A stretch of 63,974 nucleotides of DNA, filler included, from Octopus bimaculoides (GCF_001194135.2; 7 parts of 7 records of this genome joined end to end with filler, not necessarily neighbours in it), one strand, 5' to 3'. Positions 36,661-50,635 are shown, counted from the first letter of the whole stretch. Translations and numbers: made by a program. Notes: generated from the sequence alone by a model not told the origin.

Positions 36661-39600
36661 AGCAAATTTGAATTCAGGTTAAAATTTATAAATCTGAATT
36701 TTCAGAAAGTGCTTTATTGTTTAGTAGAATAGTAAATAATTATTTCAGCTAAATCAGAATCTTTTATGAAAGTAAATGATATTCCTTTCAAATTAATTGG
36801 GATCTAAAAATATTTTTTTCATCAAGGAAGCCATATAGTTTTATAATGAATGAAAAAAGTAAATATTTAAGTGCTGATTTCACTTTAACAGATTTGTCAG
36901 AAATTTTGTCTATCTACTGAAGCATTATAGACAGCATATCAATCAATCAAATAATTGACATCACCAAGAGCAGAGTTTCATGTTTATTTTCCATATACAA
37001 AGAACTTCTTATGTTGAATCTATTATTAACATCTATTAGATTAATTGATTGTGTTAGGCATAATGTTTTCTTAGGGAGGCTCTGAGCATCTAGCTAAAAG
37101 AAAGAAAAAGTTCAGATTCTATTATTGTTATTGTGTTACACTTGAAAAAAAACATTCTTTTACTGCCTGTGTGTTTTCTTACTGCCTGATTATTTACTGG
37201 TTGCTCTCTGAGTAAGATAAGATAAGGCTACAGTGGTTTGAGTTTATTGATTAAAACAATCATGCATAACATATTGTGCTTTTAGATAAGACATCTTTCT
37301 CTGAATATATCAGTCTCTGTTGCTGGCAGTTAGGGTCCAACAGTTGTCAGTTCAAACCATGTAACTGATATTGGGCTGTTTGGAATGGAAGATGTTGTTT
37401 AGTTAATATTTACATCTCTAATCTCTCCTATTGGAGCGGAAATGTTTAAAATGATGTTACAGTCATTAAATATTTTTTCATTTATGGTGATTGATTTTAA
37501 GTGTGACTGCAGAACATGCACATCTTTTAAGTGAGACTTTCATTTATTAGCATCATATTTTGTTGTAAATCTACACATTTTGTGAATTCTTTAATTTGAT
37601 TTGGCCAGAATAAAAGGGAAAGAAGTGTTACATATTTCCTTGTTTAAATATCAATTGATTTTACTTCCATTGATGATTGCTACTTCTGCTGCTACTACTA
37701 CTGGTTATTTCACACTGTTCTTCCTCCTGGCATAAGCCATCATCAATTAAACTTTCTGTTTAAGTACTTGCCCTTATCTATTAGAACAAAAAGTATTATG
37801 TTATTGATTAAGCTAAGTTTCCAGACACAGCTGTATCAGCTTATGGTTACTACGTTGTAAATTCCATTATTTTCTCAAAATATTTCCTCATAATTATCTA
37901 AAATACTTGAAATTCAAATAAGCTGAAGTTTAGAAAGTTATGCTGAGGGTATGATTATTTTAAAGCAAGCAAATTAGAGCATCTGTCTTTTAAAAAGACA
38001 TGTTTACCAATATTATTTTCAGAGTCAATCATATTAGCTTAGTTTTCCAACAATGTAATTTGTACTAAGCTATATTAAGCTGATTTAGATCACAAATTAT
38101 CCACCTTTTGTTAAAACCAAAGCTTAGAAAAGCTGATATTAAAGCTTCTTATGAATTTGTTAATTTTTATTTGTAGCTGTATAAAGGCAGTTAGAATACT
38201 GTATAATATTTGAGACAATACAGCACATGGAGGTGAATTCATATCAGTGTTAGTGTGAAAGTTAACCTCAATTATTTGATCAAGTGTTTACTTGAAATTT
38301 GGCTACAATCATTCTTTGTTTTGACCTATAGTTTGTTATTAAATACATTTGTGGTGCATTCCACCGTGGTAATAAAGTTTTCATAGATTTTAGTTTGATA
38401 GTGAGTGATTTTTACAGAATGCACAACATATCAAATGGCAAGAGGAAAAGCAGACAAAATTCTTGTTATACTTTTTTTATGCAATAACTGTGAAAAGTTA
38501 TGTATGGGTATGACAATTTTTAAAACACTGAAAAAGAATTGATAAAAGAAATCTGAAAGAAGTTAAAACATATGTGACTATACAGAAACACAAACAAAGA
38601 AAATTTAAAGAACAAACCAGGAAAGAACCATGTCTGTATTCTATGGATGTTACCAACCTGTTTATCAGTATGTTATGAAATCTTGATTCTGCCATGTTTA
38701 TGGTATATAATGCATTTTGTATGACACATTATTGATTTGTATTTGTCCATTTCAATAATATGCAGTAAAGGTATTTTCAGTTTGTTTTTTTAAGTTATGA
38801 AATGGATCCTAAAGTTTCATATTTTATTCTATCTCATTTCCTCACTATAACATATAAAGTAGAATATATTACACTAAGATAACCTATATGCCGTAATCAT
38901 TAATAGGCAAGTTATTATGTTTTTTTAGACAATATTTTTACTAAAGATGTCTTAAGAGCATATTTACTCTGCATATAAGGATATACTCTCTGATAGATTG
39001 AAATCTAAATAGTTTATCAGCTTAGGATTCTTAACCACTATAGAGACATGCATGAATATGTGTGTTATAAGGTTTTAGTTTGAAATTGAACTAGACTAGA
39101 ATAACATACACACATTGTAATAAGATTTGATATTTAGTTGGCTGAAACTATTGACACTGCTTGCTTACTATGTCCTTATATTCATACAGGAAAGTAATGT
39201 TTTTTGATATATTTATTAAAGAAATGTTTTGGAGGTAATAAAGATAGTTTATTTTTCTGAAATATAGTACGAATAAATCTAGACTCATTACATATGGGTC
39301 TGTTCTAATTATAAACTCTGATCTGAGGGAGTTGATAAATATTAACATCTTTAAAAACATTCTTCATTATTCATTAATTTCTGTGCAGTTACAATATCTA
39401 AAGTTATCACTGATAGCAAAGGTATACTTTTGCTATCAGTAATAACTTCAGATATGTTTTTCTTAACTTTACAGAAAATGATAAGATAATGTTAAAATAT
39501 AGGAAACTTCATTTACTTCTATATATGGTAGACTTAGTATTGAACAGTCTTAAAATGAAACCTCAGTTTAAGTTTCAAGAGTATACAAACTAAAAAGTTA

Positions 39601-40113
39601 CCTAGCACCTTAGATTTGCACTTCTGTATTTCTGAGTCCCCCCCCCCTCTCTCTCTCTCTCACACACACTAAAAAGCAAGGGAGACAGTGACAGAAACAA
39701 AGAATTCTGTTTATACATATAGCCAAAATTACTTGCGCTGTTATCAATATCTGTACCATTTCATTAAAATGTCTTCTATGATGAAAGTAAATCTAACAGA
39801 CTTTTAACATGTGACTTTGGGTTATAAAATAATGATTATTAGATTTATTCTTATATTATGTCTTTCTCTTCACTCTCTGTTAGAGGTAGATATGTTTTTA
39901 ATTCTTCACTATTGTAAATTTGTAAATTTATATCATCTGTAGTTAGTATAAAAAGAAAAGAAGGTTAATTGTAGAGAAATGTCCAATTTAAGGACTATAT
40001 CAATAACAGAAAATGGGAAGGTTATGAATATCAAAATTTATGTTAGTGAAATGATTACATATAATGAATGGATATTATAAATATTTGCTCTAATACATAT
40101 GTACACAGACTTA

Positions 40114-40290
40114 ATCATCATCATTTAATGTCTGTGTTCCATGCTGGCATAGATTGGACAGTTTGACAGGATCTGCTGAGCCAGACTGTTGGGTTCCAGT
40201 CTCTAATTCGATGTTTTCTATGGCTGGAGGCACTATCTATTGTCAACCACTTCACAGAGTGTACTAAGCACTTTTTCATGGTACCAACAC
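40114..40290 (-). mobile_element. Old family C-like SINE/RTE tail
   Basis: ATCATCATCATTTAATGTC..TTCCATGCTGGCAT is the reverse of the family C tail. Confidence 0.65.
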
Positions 40291-40939
40291 TGATAAGGTT
40301 ACAAAGGAACTCACAAGACAAGAACCCTCAATTGAGTGAGGGTGCAGTTTTGAGGGAGGTAGCTTTGTACCAGCTGTCAGGAGAATAAAATATGAAAGAG
40401 GAACAGATGTTTTATGTTGAGGAGATATGGCTTACCCAGCAGGAAAGGAAGAAAGGATGATGGCAATGAGGTGTATGGTCTCAGTACATGTAATTAGTTT
40501 ATGGCATATTCTGCTCATTTTATTATTGCTATTAAAATTTACTTAAAAGCTATACGTGAAGCAGGGAAGTGTTTATCGATTCAATTTAGAAAGGTTTTTA
40601 TTGTATAGAACTTCATGTTTAGCTGGTAAGAGGATATAAGCCAAGTTATATTTCAGTACCTTTTCTTTATCTGATAGATGAATCTGGGTTGGAGTATAAT
40701 TGGTGTTGTCTCATTTTTAAGGCATCATTATAATAAGGGGCTGAATACTATAATTGGGTAGCATCAACCTGTATCAATAAGTGAGCTGTTATATTTAAGG
40801 CCAAAGTACAGAATGAGACCAAAGTACTAAATGTTGAATGAGATTTCTCTTAGTGTATTTAGTGTATGCCTGTTTGAATTTTTATAGACAACTAGTTAAT
40901 CATTTCTTTGAAGGCCAATGTCTACAGAAATAAACCTTT

Positions 40940-41275
40940 TATTCAATGAGAGCACTATTTGAGTTGAGAAAGCCCTTCATATCAGTGTGTAGTTGGATAA
41001 CATACCAACAAATTTCCCCATACCAGCACCCCAGTTTCCCCATGATTCTCCACATTGCATTTCTATTCACCATATTTAAAGCTTTCATGAAGTAAAAAAA
41101 ACTTGATATATGAGTACCTATCCTCTTCACAATTTGCAACTGTCGAAGGTTGAAGATCGTGGACGTGTTGCTTTTGACAAATCCAAATTTACATTGAAAG
41201 TATGGGACAATGATAAAAGAGTTGTGTAGCATACTATTCAATAGAACTTGTTGCAAATATTTTGCAAACAATTAC
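40940..41275 (-). mobile_element. RTE (BovB-like) RT remnant
   Basis: CKFGFVKSNTSTIFNLRQLQ..FFYFMKALNMVNRNAMWRIMGKLGC resembles QCGFR..RST.DMIF.LRQLQEK..F.DL.KAFD.V.R..LW.IL.K.GC. Confidence 0.75.
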
Positions 41276-41880
41276 AAGGAAGGAAATACCATGACAATTA
41301 ACATAGTTTGACATAATACCTTTTCCTTTGGCAAAATGCAAAATAGATTTTACATTGCTCCAATAGGAATAAACAAAATGTATTACTTATCCATGTTCCA
41401 TGTCTCTTAAAAACATCCCAACCTTGAGTAAGAGGACATGGTTAACTAATTTCGTTTTTGTATTTGGTTTGCAAGATTCTTTATGTGAATTTGTGTGTTG
41501 AAGCATATTTTGTGTCTGAGGAGAGCCATTCTCTTTTAGTCCCTTATTACTTAACACACTCACTGGTTTGATTTCCACACATTTACTTATTTATTTTTCT
41601 AAAATTTTCATTGTCTTGCAATAGAGGTTGCCAGACACAACAAAAATTTTAGAAAAAAAAAAGTAAATGAGTGGAAATCGAACCAGTGAGTGCGTTAAGT
41701 AATGAGGCACTAAAAGAGAATGGCTCTCCTCAGACACAATAAAATTAGCTAATTGATTGCCTGCTTAAAAATTTTATCAATTTATTAGTCATTTGGAGTA
41801 TTGGTGACCTTTCATTGACATTTGTGGTTTAATGGGTTACATGCCCTTATTATTCCAGGTCTGTCCAATCTTAAGATATG

Positions 41881-42080
41881 CATCATCATTTTATATCTGC
41901 TTCCCATGCTGACATGGGTTGAACAGGTTTTTTTGGGACTCATTTGTTTTTGGATCCTCTGTTTCCATAGAGTGATGCTTGTGTGTATCATTTCACTTGC
42001 TTTCTGTAGCCGGATGCCCTTCCTATGGTCAACCGCTTGACAAAGTGTATTTGGTCCATTTTTTTGTGGCACCAAATCTG
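41881..42080 (-). mobile_element. Old family C-like SINE
   Basis: CATCATCATTT..CCATGCTGACATGGGTTG and CGGATGCCCTTCCTA in reverse orientation. Confidence 0.65.
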
Positions 42081-43862
42081 TAGAGGTTGAACAGCCCTTA
42101 ACGAGACAGGCTTTAAGAGACCTCACAACTCAATACTTTCTCTGCTCACTTACCAACCACTTTTCAGTGTGTATTAGACACATTTTTCATGGCACCAGCA
42201 CTAGTGTCTTACTCACCAATCTCTGTAGAGAGAGCACAGCAGTGGAGGGTTCCATCATGGCACCAAACACGAGTAAAGGTTCCTTATTCACAATAAATGT
42301 AAAAAGTATACTCAGTAACCTTAAATGTGTAGTCTGCAAAGCAGGAATAACTGAGAGCAATAACAGCAGAAGGAAAGAAATAGGTGGCTAAGAGGGACAA
42401 GATCCAAGGCATGAACAGTTAAAAAGAGCAGGAATATGATGGAAAAGACAGGAGTATTTAGGGTGAATTCAAGAGGGAGATGACTGGCAGATAAGTTTTT
42501 AGCTTTACAGTTCTGTTATTTTCATATTTTTATACAGCTGGTCTTTCAAAATAAAAATTAATTTGAAATGTACATATTTTTCAATTAAATTCGCCAATGT
42601 GGCTATCAATCTCTTGTGCTGATCTTTTACATTATTATATAAAAAACAAAGGATATTCTCTAGAATCTCTATGCTACTGTGTAAATGTGCTCACAAGGAA
42701 ATATATATGCTGTTCGTACTGAAGTTGTTACTGTTGTAGCTATTGGCTACAAAAAAGCACTTACACATATTTCTCATCATACTGCAGTTCATTTTGCAAC
42801 AACTATTTGATGACTAAGTTTGTCAATATTAATTCTATTTCAGCTTATGATTATAAAAGTGTTAGTTTGTCAGTCACTTGTTGACTATGGTTGTAGGAAA
42901 AAAAGATTAATTGAATTAACCTGTAAAATATGATAATAATTTGTTAAACTTTATTTCTTATATTTGTTTTGCAAAAATTATTTGCCACGTATTTTATTTT
43001 ATCTGTTTTGTATTTAATGTTTGCATTAATTTTTTTTTTGAGACTATTATAAATTTAGCACTTTGTTATATCTCTTCTAATAGCTTTTTTCTTTTCTTTC
43101 TATTGCAGCTAATCAAATGCTTTACTGTAAAGCTGGCAGACACTCAGAAGACTAAAAATATTGTGAAAATAAGAGACTGTGTCATTAAATAAAGCATTCA
43201 GCCTCTGATGAAATTTGTGCTGTCATCTTATAAAATTACCTGTGATACATTGGTTGAATGATTTGAATTTGATAATCATCATGCTGCACCTTTAATAGGA
43301 TACTGTACAACTTCAAATTTCCCTTTAAATTACAACATGGAACTAATTTCTCTAAGATTTTATCCCACAGTTCCATGCATTTCCCACTGTTTAAAAAGAG
43401 AATTCTCCTCCCTTGGATCTTAAACAAATCAACTAGTCAGATTTTAAAATAGCTTCTTGTTAATTCTTAACAATGAATATTTAAAGAACTTGTAAATATT
43501 ACCTAACAACTATTGTTAAACTTTTGTTTTCTGTTTAAGGAAATGATCCCTAAAATATTAGCCAACTTGAATATTGTTTGATAATCAACAAATTTTATTA
43601 TTGATCTCATATTATTTTCTGCAAATATTTTTTATTTTCTCTATAATTAATCTTGTAATGTTTTCTTGTGTTATCTCAGACTTCCCACATGTTTTCATGC
43701 TAGATGTCACCTCAGGCATGAATGTGTTTCTCAGTATTAACTAAATTGATTTATGAGATTTAGTAGCTTTCCTTCACCTGTTCAGTGGTTCCAAGTTTTC
43801 TTTGATACTATTTAATTTATTTCATTAGCTCTAGTTTCAGATTTTGTGTCTCAGCTGGTACC

Positions 43863-45350
43863 ATGCCTTTCAATTTGTTACAAAGGTTACGGTCTGTCAA
43901 TCGTAAACTGATAATTATTTCTGGTCTGATTTATTTATCACTTGTTTTCTTATTCCATGGTAGACTAGAATTTGAACAGCAACTTGATAACCGTTTTAAA
44001 ACAGTTTTTTTCAAAAGAAACCCTGTTCATTTATACTTGAAAAAAAACACCTCTGCAACAAGTATTTCCCATTCATTACATTCCTCATTGAAAAATAAAA
44101 TGGAATTGCATGTTAGAAACATCTCCACAAAACCACATGTCCATATTCAAGCAAACACTCCTAATTTCACTTTATCTGACAAAAATATAAACATCACTCA
44201 TGCACCCAATTATAAAAACTGTTATCAATCTTCTTCCAATGTTGGCAACAACACATTCCACCGGATATCAGATGGCATATTTATTTATTCTGCATATTTG
44301 GATGATCGTCACTCAACTCCATTTGTTCGTGTCATGACCATAATAGCTCAACGTAAATATAAACTGCGATATTTCTGTCATTTTCCTGGCAATTTTTGGA
44401 CCGATGGTCTTGTATATCAGATGTGTGAAAACCACAATAAACATTTTGGTGGTTATATAATATCTTGCCCTCTACCACCTTCAAAACCTGACCAACAAAA
44501 ATTATTCTGTTCTGTGAGTATATCTTTAAAAAAAAATGGTGATACAAATCACAGTTCATTCATTCCAATTACAAAGATTCGTACAAATAGTCAACCTTTT
44601 AGCTATGGAATATGCATTCCACCTTTGTTTGGTAATATATCCCAAGAACACTTAGTTGAGTATATTGAGTTATCCAAGTTACTAGGTGTGCAACACCTGT
44701 ACTTTTACAGTTTTCGTTTATCTGATGCTGCAACTCATGTTTTGGAATATTATGAAAAGCAAAACACAGTAACTATAATTCCTTGGAAGCTGCCTGTTGA
44801 GATTCATGATAATACTATATGGTACAATGGTCAACTGATTGCGCATAATGATTGTTTATATCGATCAATGAGTCAAGTCAAAATGGTAGCATTCAATGAC
44901 CTTGATGAATTCATCATTCCACACAATGGTTCAACATGGACAGATTTTGTTAATAAACTAAGTGGTGAAAATATTTGTGGATTTTCATTTTGGAGTGCAT
45001 TTTTTGATCCCTCCACAGGAAGACCACATCCTTCTGGATTGTTTACCATGAGCCAGACTGGGCGCTCAGCTAAGTTCAGCCAAGTGCGAACAAAAGTACT
45101 TGTTGAACCATTGAAAATATTTGAAGTTGGCATACATCATGTAAGTAAACCAAATGAAGAACATTACAAGATGTTGAGAGTGGACACAAACATTGCATTC
45201 CTACATCATTACAGAAAATGTGTTTCAAATTATGGCATGAAATGTGATAAATTTATACCTGATAGGGCCATATACCGATATTTTGATGATTTGAAGACTG
45301 CTTTTGATTCACAGTTAAATATAATACGCCAAATAAATTCCACTGCTTAA
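43863..45350 (+). CDS. Glycosyltransferase family 92 (DUF23) protein, GALT-1-like, 495 aa, single coding exon
   Basis: Uninterrupted 1488-bp ORF; ACCATG context; upstream acceptor TTTCAG| at 43840; N-terminal signal anchor (LIIISGLIYLSLVFLF); family motifs IYSAYLD, CIPPLFG, EYIEL..LLGVQHLYFY, LEYY, WYNGQLIAHNDCLYR, DxD in AFNDLDEFIIP, and HHY. Confidence 0.93.
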   Translation: MPFNLLQRLRSVNRKLIIISGLIYLSLVFLFHGRLEFEQQLDNRFKTVFFKRNPVHLYLKKNTSATSISHSLHSSLKNKMELHVRNISTKPHVHIQANTPNFTLSDKNINITHAPNYKNCYQSSSNVGNNTFHRISDGIFIYSAYLDDRHSTPFVRVMTIIAQRKYKLRYFCHFPGNFWTDGLVYQMCENHNKHFGGYIISCPLPPSKPDQQKLFCSVSISLKKNGDTNHSSFIPITKIRTNSQPFSYGICIPPLFGNISQEHLVEYIELSKLLGVQHLYFYSFRLSDAATHVLEYYEKQNTVTIIPWKLPVEIHDNTIWYNGQLIAHNDCLYRSMSQVKMVAFNDLDEFIIPHNGSTWTDFVNKLSGENICGFSFWSAFFDPSTGRPHPSGLFTMSQTGRSAKFSQVRTKVLVEPLKIFEVGIHHVSKPNEEHYKMLRVDTNIAFLHHYRKCVSNYGMKCDKFIPDRAIYRYFDDLKTAFDSQLNIIRQINSTA

Positions 45351-45561
45351 ATTTTTTATAGCTTTTTTCTTTTTATTGCAAATTATTTTACACAGGAATT
45401 CCTAACTTGGCTGTCTTTATGAAAACAGCTTTGTATCTGCTGTTTTTGTTATTTATTTCCTTCTTTTCTTTTCAAATCTAGAAACATCCAGATCTTTGTA
45501 AAATAGTTTTGTTTTTTCCTTTATAAAAGTTCTACAGCTTTTACATATATAATTTGACATA

Positions 45562-46410
45562 CAAGGGTTGGCTGGATAGTTCCTAGGCTGACCAAGATAC
45601 ACTCATGGAATGTGACCAAATGAGAGATATTTTTCAACATAGTTCTCCTTCCAGTCTACACACTTCTTCCATCAGTGTTGCAGTGCTTGGATCCCATTGG
45701 TGAAGAAGTTTTCATCCTATTGGTCAAAAAAGTCATCACCAGTAGATATGACGTCATCATCACTAAGATACTGGTTCCTTGCCAAGTGTTTTTTTTTTAT
45801 ACTGAGAAACAGAAGATGATTAGATGGGGCCAAATCAGGAGAATAGGGAGAGTGACCAACTAGTTCAAAGCCACAGTCATGCACAGCGGCCATTGAAGCA
45901 AAATACTTGTGTACTGGAGCATTGTCCTGATGAAACAAGACCCATTTTGTCAGTTTTCTGTGGTGTTTGGTCTTGATAGCCTTTCGTAACTGCCTCAGCA
46001 GGTGAGCGTAGTACTCTCCATTGATGGTGTGGCCCTTTTGAAGATAGTCAATAAACACAGTGCCTTTTGCGTTCCCAAAGACTGGGGGCATCACCTTCCT
46101 TGCAGATGAAATTACCTTTGGAGCAGGTGAGGTGGGGTGTTTCCACTGCATGGATTGTCTCTTTGTCTCTGGCTCAAAGTGATGATGCCAACACTCATCC
46201 TGGTTTAGAAAACATCCAAGGAAACAAGTTGGATCTGTCTCAAAGTCAGATTTTCCTGTCATGTGATCAGCCTGGTGCGCTTTTCATCATGCCAAGTTCA
46301 TTGTGCAGAATATTCCCTACTCTCTCACAGGATGTGCTAATAGCATTGGCTATTTGATTTATAGTCAATCGCCTCTCATTCATTACTGTGAACAATAAGT
46401 ACTTACATAT
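45562..46410 (-). mobile_element. mariner (DD34D) transposon remnant, 5' truncated
   Basis: QDECWHHHFEPETKRQSMQW, FHQDNAPVH, HSPYSPDLAPSN; terminus TA|CAAGGGTTGGCTGGATAGTTCC at 45560; frameshifts and stops. Confidence 0.92.
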
Positions 46411-46554
46411 TTTAAACTTCTGTATCAACATTTATTTAAATAACTTCATATTTTCCAAATTTATATTTCCTCAGTTCTAGTAAAGTGGTAGTCTGAAAAA
46501 AAAAACAGTGTTGTATGTTTAGAAAAGATCAGCTCTCATACATATTTGCATAAT

Positions 46555-46911
46555 AATAATAATAATGGTTTCTAATAAGGTCAACAGTTTTGATGGGAGG
46601 TTTGGTTAGTCAATTACATCATCCCCTATTTTTGACTGGTACTTTATTTTAGACTCCCAGAGGGATGAAAGGCAAAGTTATCTTGAGAGGAAGAATTTTT
46701 AACTCAGAATGTAAACAGCCAGAACAAATACTGCAAGGCATTTTTTTCAGACATTCCAACGATTTTACCAATCTGTTGTTCTACTGGTATCTTACTTAGG
46801 CACAAAGCTAGCAGTTTTGAGGATGGAAGGCAAAGTTACCTTGGTAGAATTTGAACTTGGAGCATAAAGAACTAGAAGAAATGCTGCTACGCATTTTGCT
46901 TGCTTGCCACC

Positions 46912-46965
<54 letters not shown>

Positions 46966-47437
46966 GTTTCAAATTTTGGCTCAAGGTCAGCAATTTAGGG
47001 GAGGTACTTATATTATCAACCTTGAAAAGATGACAGGCAAAGTCAACTTCAGCAGAATTTGAACTCATCATTTTGCCTGGCATGCTAATGATTCTGCCAT
47101 CTTGCTGCCTTAACAATAATATGAATAATAATAATAATAATAATAATTCTTTCTACAATAGGCATAAGGTCTGAAATTTGCAGGGAGGGAGCAACCTCAG
47201 TGTTCAACCGGTGCTCATTTTATCAACCCCCAAAAGGAGGAAAAGCAAAATCAACCTCAGCAGAATTTCAACGTAAAGACAGGCAAAATGCTACTAAGCG
47301 TTTTGTCCAGCCTGCTAATGGTTCTGCCAGTTCACCACCTTAATAATAATAGTGGTTTCAAATTTTAGCACAAGGCCAGCAATTTCAGTGTCGGGGATAA
47401 GTCGATGATATCAACTCAACTGGTACTTATTTTATCA
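46555..47437 (-). mobile_element. Stack of 4-5 family A SINE copies separated by (AAT)n
   Basis: Recurrent GAAAGGCAAAGT..GAATTTGAACTC and AAATTT..CTGGTACTT segments, all on the minus strand, alternating with AAT tracts. Confidence 0.8.
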
Positions 47438-50400
47438 NNNNNNNNNNNNNNNNNNNNNNNNNNNNNNNNNNNNNNNNNNNNNNNNNNNNNNNNNNNNNNN
47501 NNNNNNNNNNNNNNNNNNNNNNNNNNNNNNNNNNNNNNNNNNNNNNNNNNNNNNNNNNNNNNNNNNNNNNNNNNNNNNNNNNNNNNNNNNNNNNNNNNNN
47601 NNNNNNNNNNNNNNNNNNNNNNNNNNNNNNNNNNNNNNNNNNNNNNNNNNNNNNNNNNNNNNNNNNNNNNNNNNNNNNNNNNNNNNNNNNNNNNNNNNNN
47701 NNNNNNNNNNNNNNNNNNNNNNNNNNNNNNNNNNNNNNNNNNNNNNNNNNNNNNNNNNNNNNNNNNNNNNNNNNNNNNNNNNNNNNNNNNNNNNNNNNNN
47801 NNNNNNNNNNNNNNNNNNNNNNNNNNNNNNNNNNNNNNNNNNNNNNNNNNNNNNNNNNNNNNNNNNNNNNNNNNNNNNNNNNNNNNNNNNNNNNNNNNNN
47901 NNNNNNNNNNNNNNNNNNNNNNNNNNNNNNNNNNNNNNNNNNNNNNNNNNNNNNNNNNNNNNNNNNNNNNNNNNNNNNNNNNNNNNNNNNNNNNNNNNNN
48001 NNNNNNNNNNNNNNNNNNNNNNNNNNNNNNNNNNNNNNNNNNNNNNNNNNNNNNNNNNNNNNNNNNNNNNNNNNNNNNNNNNNNNNNNNNNNNNNNNNNN
48101 NNNNNNNNNNNNNNNNNNNNNNNNNNNNNNNNNNNNNNNNNNNNNNNNNNNNNNNNNNNNNNNNNNNNNNNNNNNNNNNNNNNNNNNNNNNNNNNNNNNN
48201 NNNNNNNNNNNNNNNNNNNNNNNNNNNNNNNNNNNNNNNNNNNNNNNNNNNNNNNNNNNNNNNNNNNNNNNNTATATATATATATATATATATATATTGT
48301 ATGTGTACGTGCATGTTATATATAGATGTGTGTGTGTGTAGATGTATATACATATATAGATATATATATGTATATATATTATACTTATATATATATATAT
48401 GTATATAGACAGCCAAATAAGTGGTATCAGGTCATATTATGACATTTATATATTTATATAGTGTATATGGAGAAAAGAATGTTTTAAGGAGTTTAAACAG
48501 AATAAATTAGTAAAAATGCAATTCAGGAATGTTCATAATAATTGTGATATACAGGATGATCATAAAGTTTGGATGAATGCATGTACTCAAATTGATGGGA
48601 ATGTGAAATTACTGTATTAAGTTCATGTGAATCTCGTAAAGTACATTGAATGTTGCATTACTAATGGTGGGAACTATACTAAAAATGTTAATGTAGTTAA
48701 GTAAAATTGTTGAAAATATGCATCCAAATCTGTTTTGGATTTTACCTATGATGATCTGCCTTGACCTACTATATAGTATCAATATTACAGTCATAATTAT
48801 TCCTGACATTTAATATGCAAGATAGTGATGTTTCGGATATAATATTTAGCTGAGGGTAATGTTCTGGTAGTGAGGATACAGCAATGAAATGAAATGAGCT
48901 TTGTTACTCAAAACTATAGTGATGATGATGGTGGTGGTGGTGGTGTGTTGGTAGTGAAAAGAATTTTTTTTTTTTATTGAACTATATATTATTATTATTA
49001 TTATTATACCTGTTTGGTCACACTTTAGTTTGTTAGAGTGAGAGAGAGGAAGAGGGAATGTGAGAGTGAGTGAGAGAGCAGATAGCCAGTCAATGCATTA
49101 TGCTGTCACTCTGAGAGAAAGAGAGAAATGTTAAAGATATGAAGAGGGGAATTACATGGTTAAAAAGTTTGTTAAAGAAGTAGAGAGAAAGTGAGAAATA
49201 TGTGCTAAGCAGAGGGACATTTCAAAATCATATTACATATTATTGTGACTGGAAGTAAAGTAACTTAGCAAATTAAAAATGCAAATGATCCTTTCTTTCT
49301 TAAATAGCTTCTCTTAATTTTTTTCATTCTGTGGAATTTCTACAGGTCCCACTAGTATGTTAGTACTTTAATAATTTCTCTTGAAGCAAATTCTACTATA
49401 AATACTAGCATATAATACATTGGGTTTAATACAACTTAGATGGGAAAAGTTGGAAAGTTGCCTGCAGGATTTGAACCATGCATTTTCTCTAACCCATATA
49501 AATGTACTATCAGTTACGCTAAGGCCACCTGCTGTCTTTCTTCCATTGAATTAACAGCCTTAATCTTACCAGCAAGAAAATTTGTTTGTATTTAGAATGC
49601 GAATGTAGAATTATTGATAAATATCTATATAAATCTATATTGATGATGTTCTCAACTTCAGTTCATAGTGAATTCTGTCCCCCACTCTCTTCCTTCTATA
49701 CATCAATAACATATTTGTTACAACATCTTGCAATGCCCACTTTCATGCAGTTCTTCATTCCCCCCTCACTTCCCCTGACCATACATTATCCACATGCAAC
49801 CTATAAACCATATGCCAAATTTACATTGATTCCCTAAACAGAGACCTTGAAAGCATCCTCCAGTGGGACCATGCCAATTTTGTCTCTTTTAACTGCAAAA
49901 ACCTCAGACACTACTCATATCAAGACACACCATTGCTTCAGATCTCTTCTAAATATGTGGCACTCTGCTAGAGCTCTCACAGTTTCTCCAGATATTGTGC
50001 ACTCACAATCACCAAAAATCTCTCCTGAAAAAAGCACATCCTTAGCATAGCTAGAACTGCATCCTAAAAACTAGCCCTTTTTTCTTAGGGATAGATGGTA
50101 TTTCTGTTTCCAACAGTTACCGATACCCTACGGAGTTCAGTGAAATAGTGTACTCACATCTGGGACTGTTTTGCTGCTACACATAGATATTTTGGGCAGT
50201 ATTCAGTGAAGACTCACTCAGCTGATTGTAGTCAGTCACTAAAGACCCATAGCTATGTTGTCTCCTCTCTGTCCTTTTTATTGCTGCTATAATACCTCTT
50301 TTCTTCAGAGCTGAATGGTCTCATAGCTCTACCACTCAGGCATCCACAACCCACTCATTTCTCCAGTCTCATCCCCTTTGTTGTGTCCAGTACACCAAGG

Positions 50401-50635
50401 CTCACCTTAACCACTTTGCCTTGTCCTTTCTCTCCAGAATATCAGCTCTTTGGAATCTCTTTCTTGCAGATGTTAACTGCAACAGTTTACTAAGAACATT
50501 ATCACCATCAACTTCTCCAGTCTCAATGTATCTACAAGGCTCAAGGGCACTGCCCCTTCTTCCACATCTGAGAAATAACAAAAAAATAATTAGAATAGAA
50601 ATTCCAGGCATAGAAATGAAACCTATAAATGGGGG

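Noticed and set aside
45717-46262. 181-aa mariner ORF as a functional or domesticated gene
   Set aside because: N-terminus is broken, third catalytic D is changed to N (SPDLAPSN), and stops follow.
49850-50610. Short ORFs possibly from LINE endonuclease or LINE 3' end
   Set aside because: Only vague similarity; not supportable.
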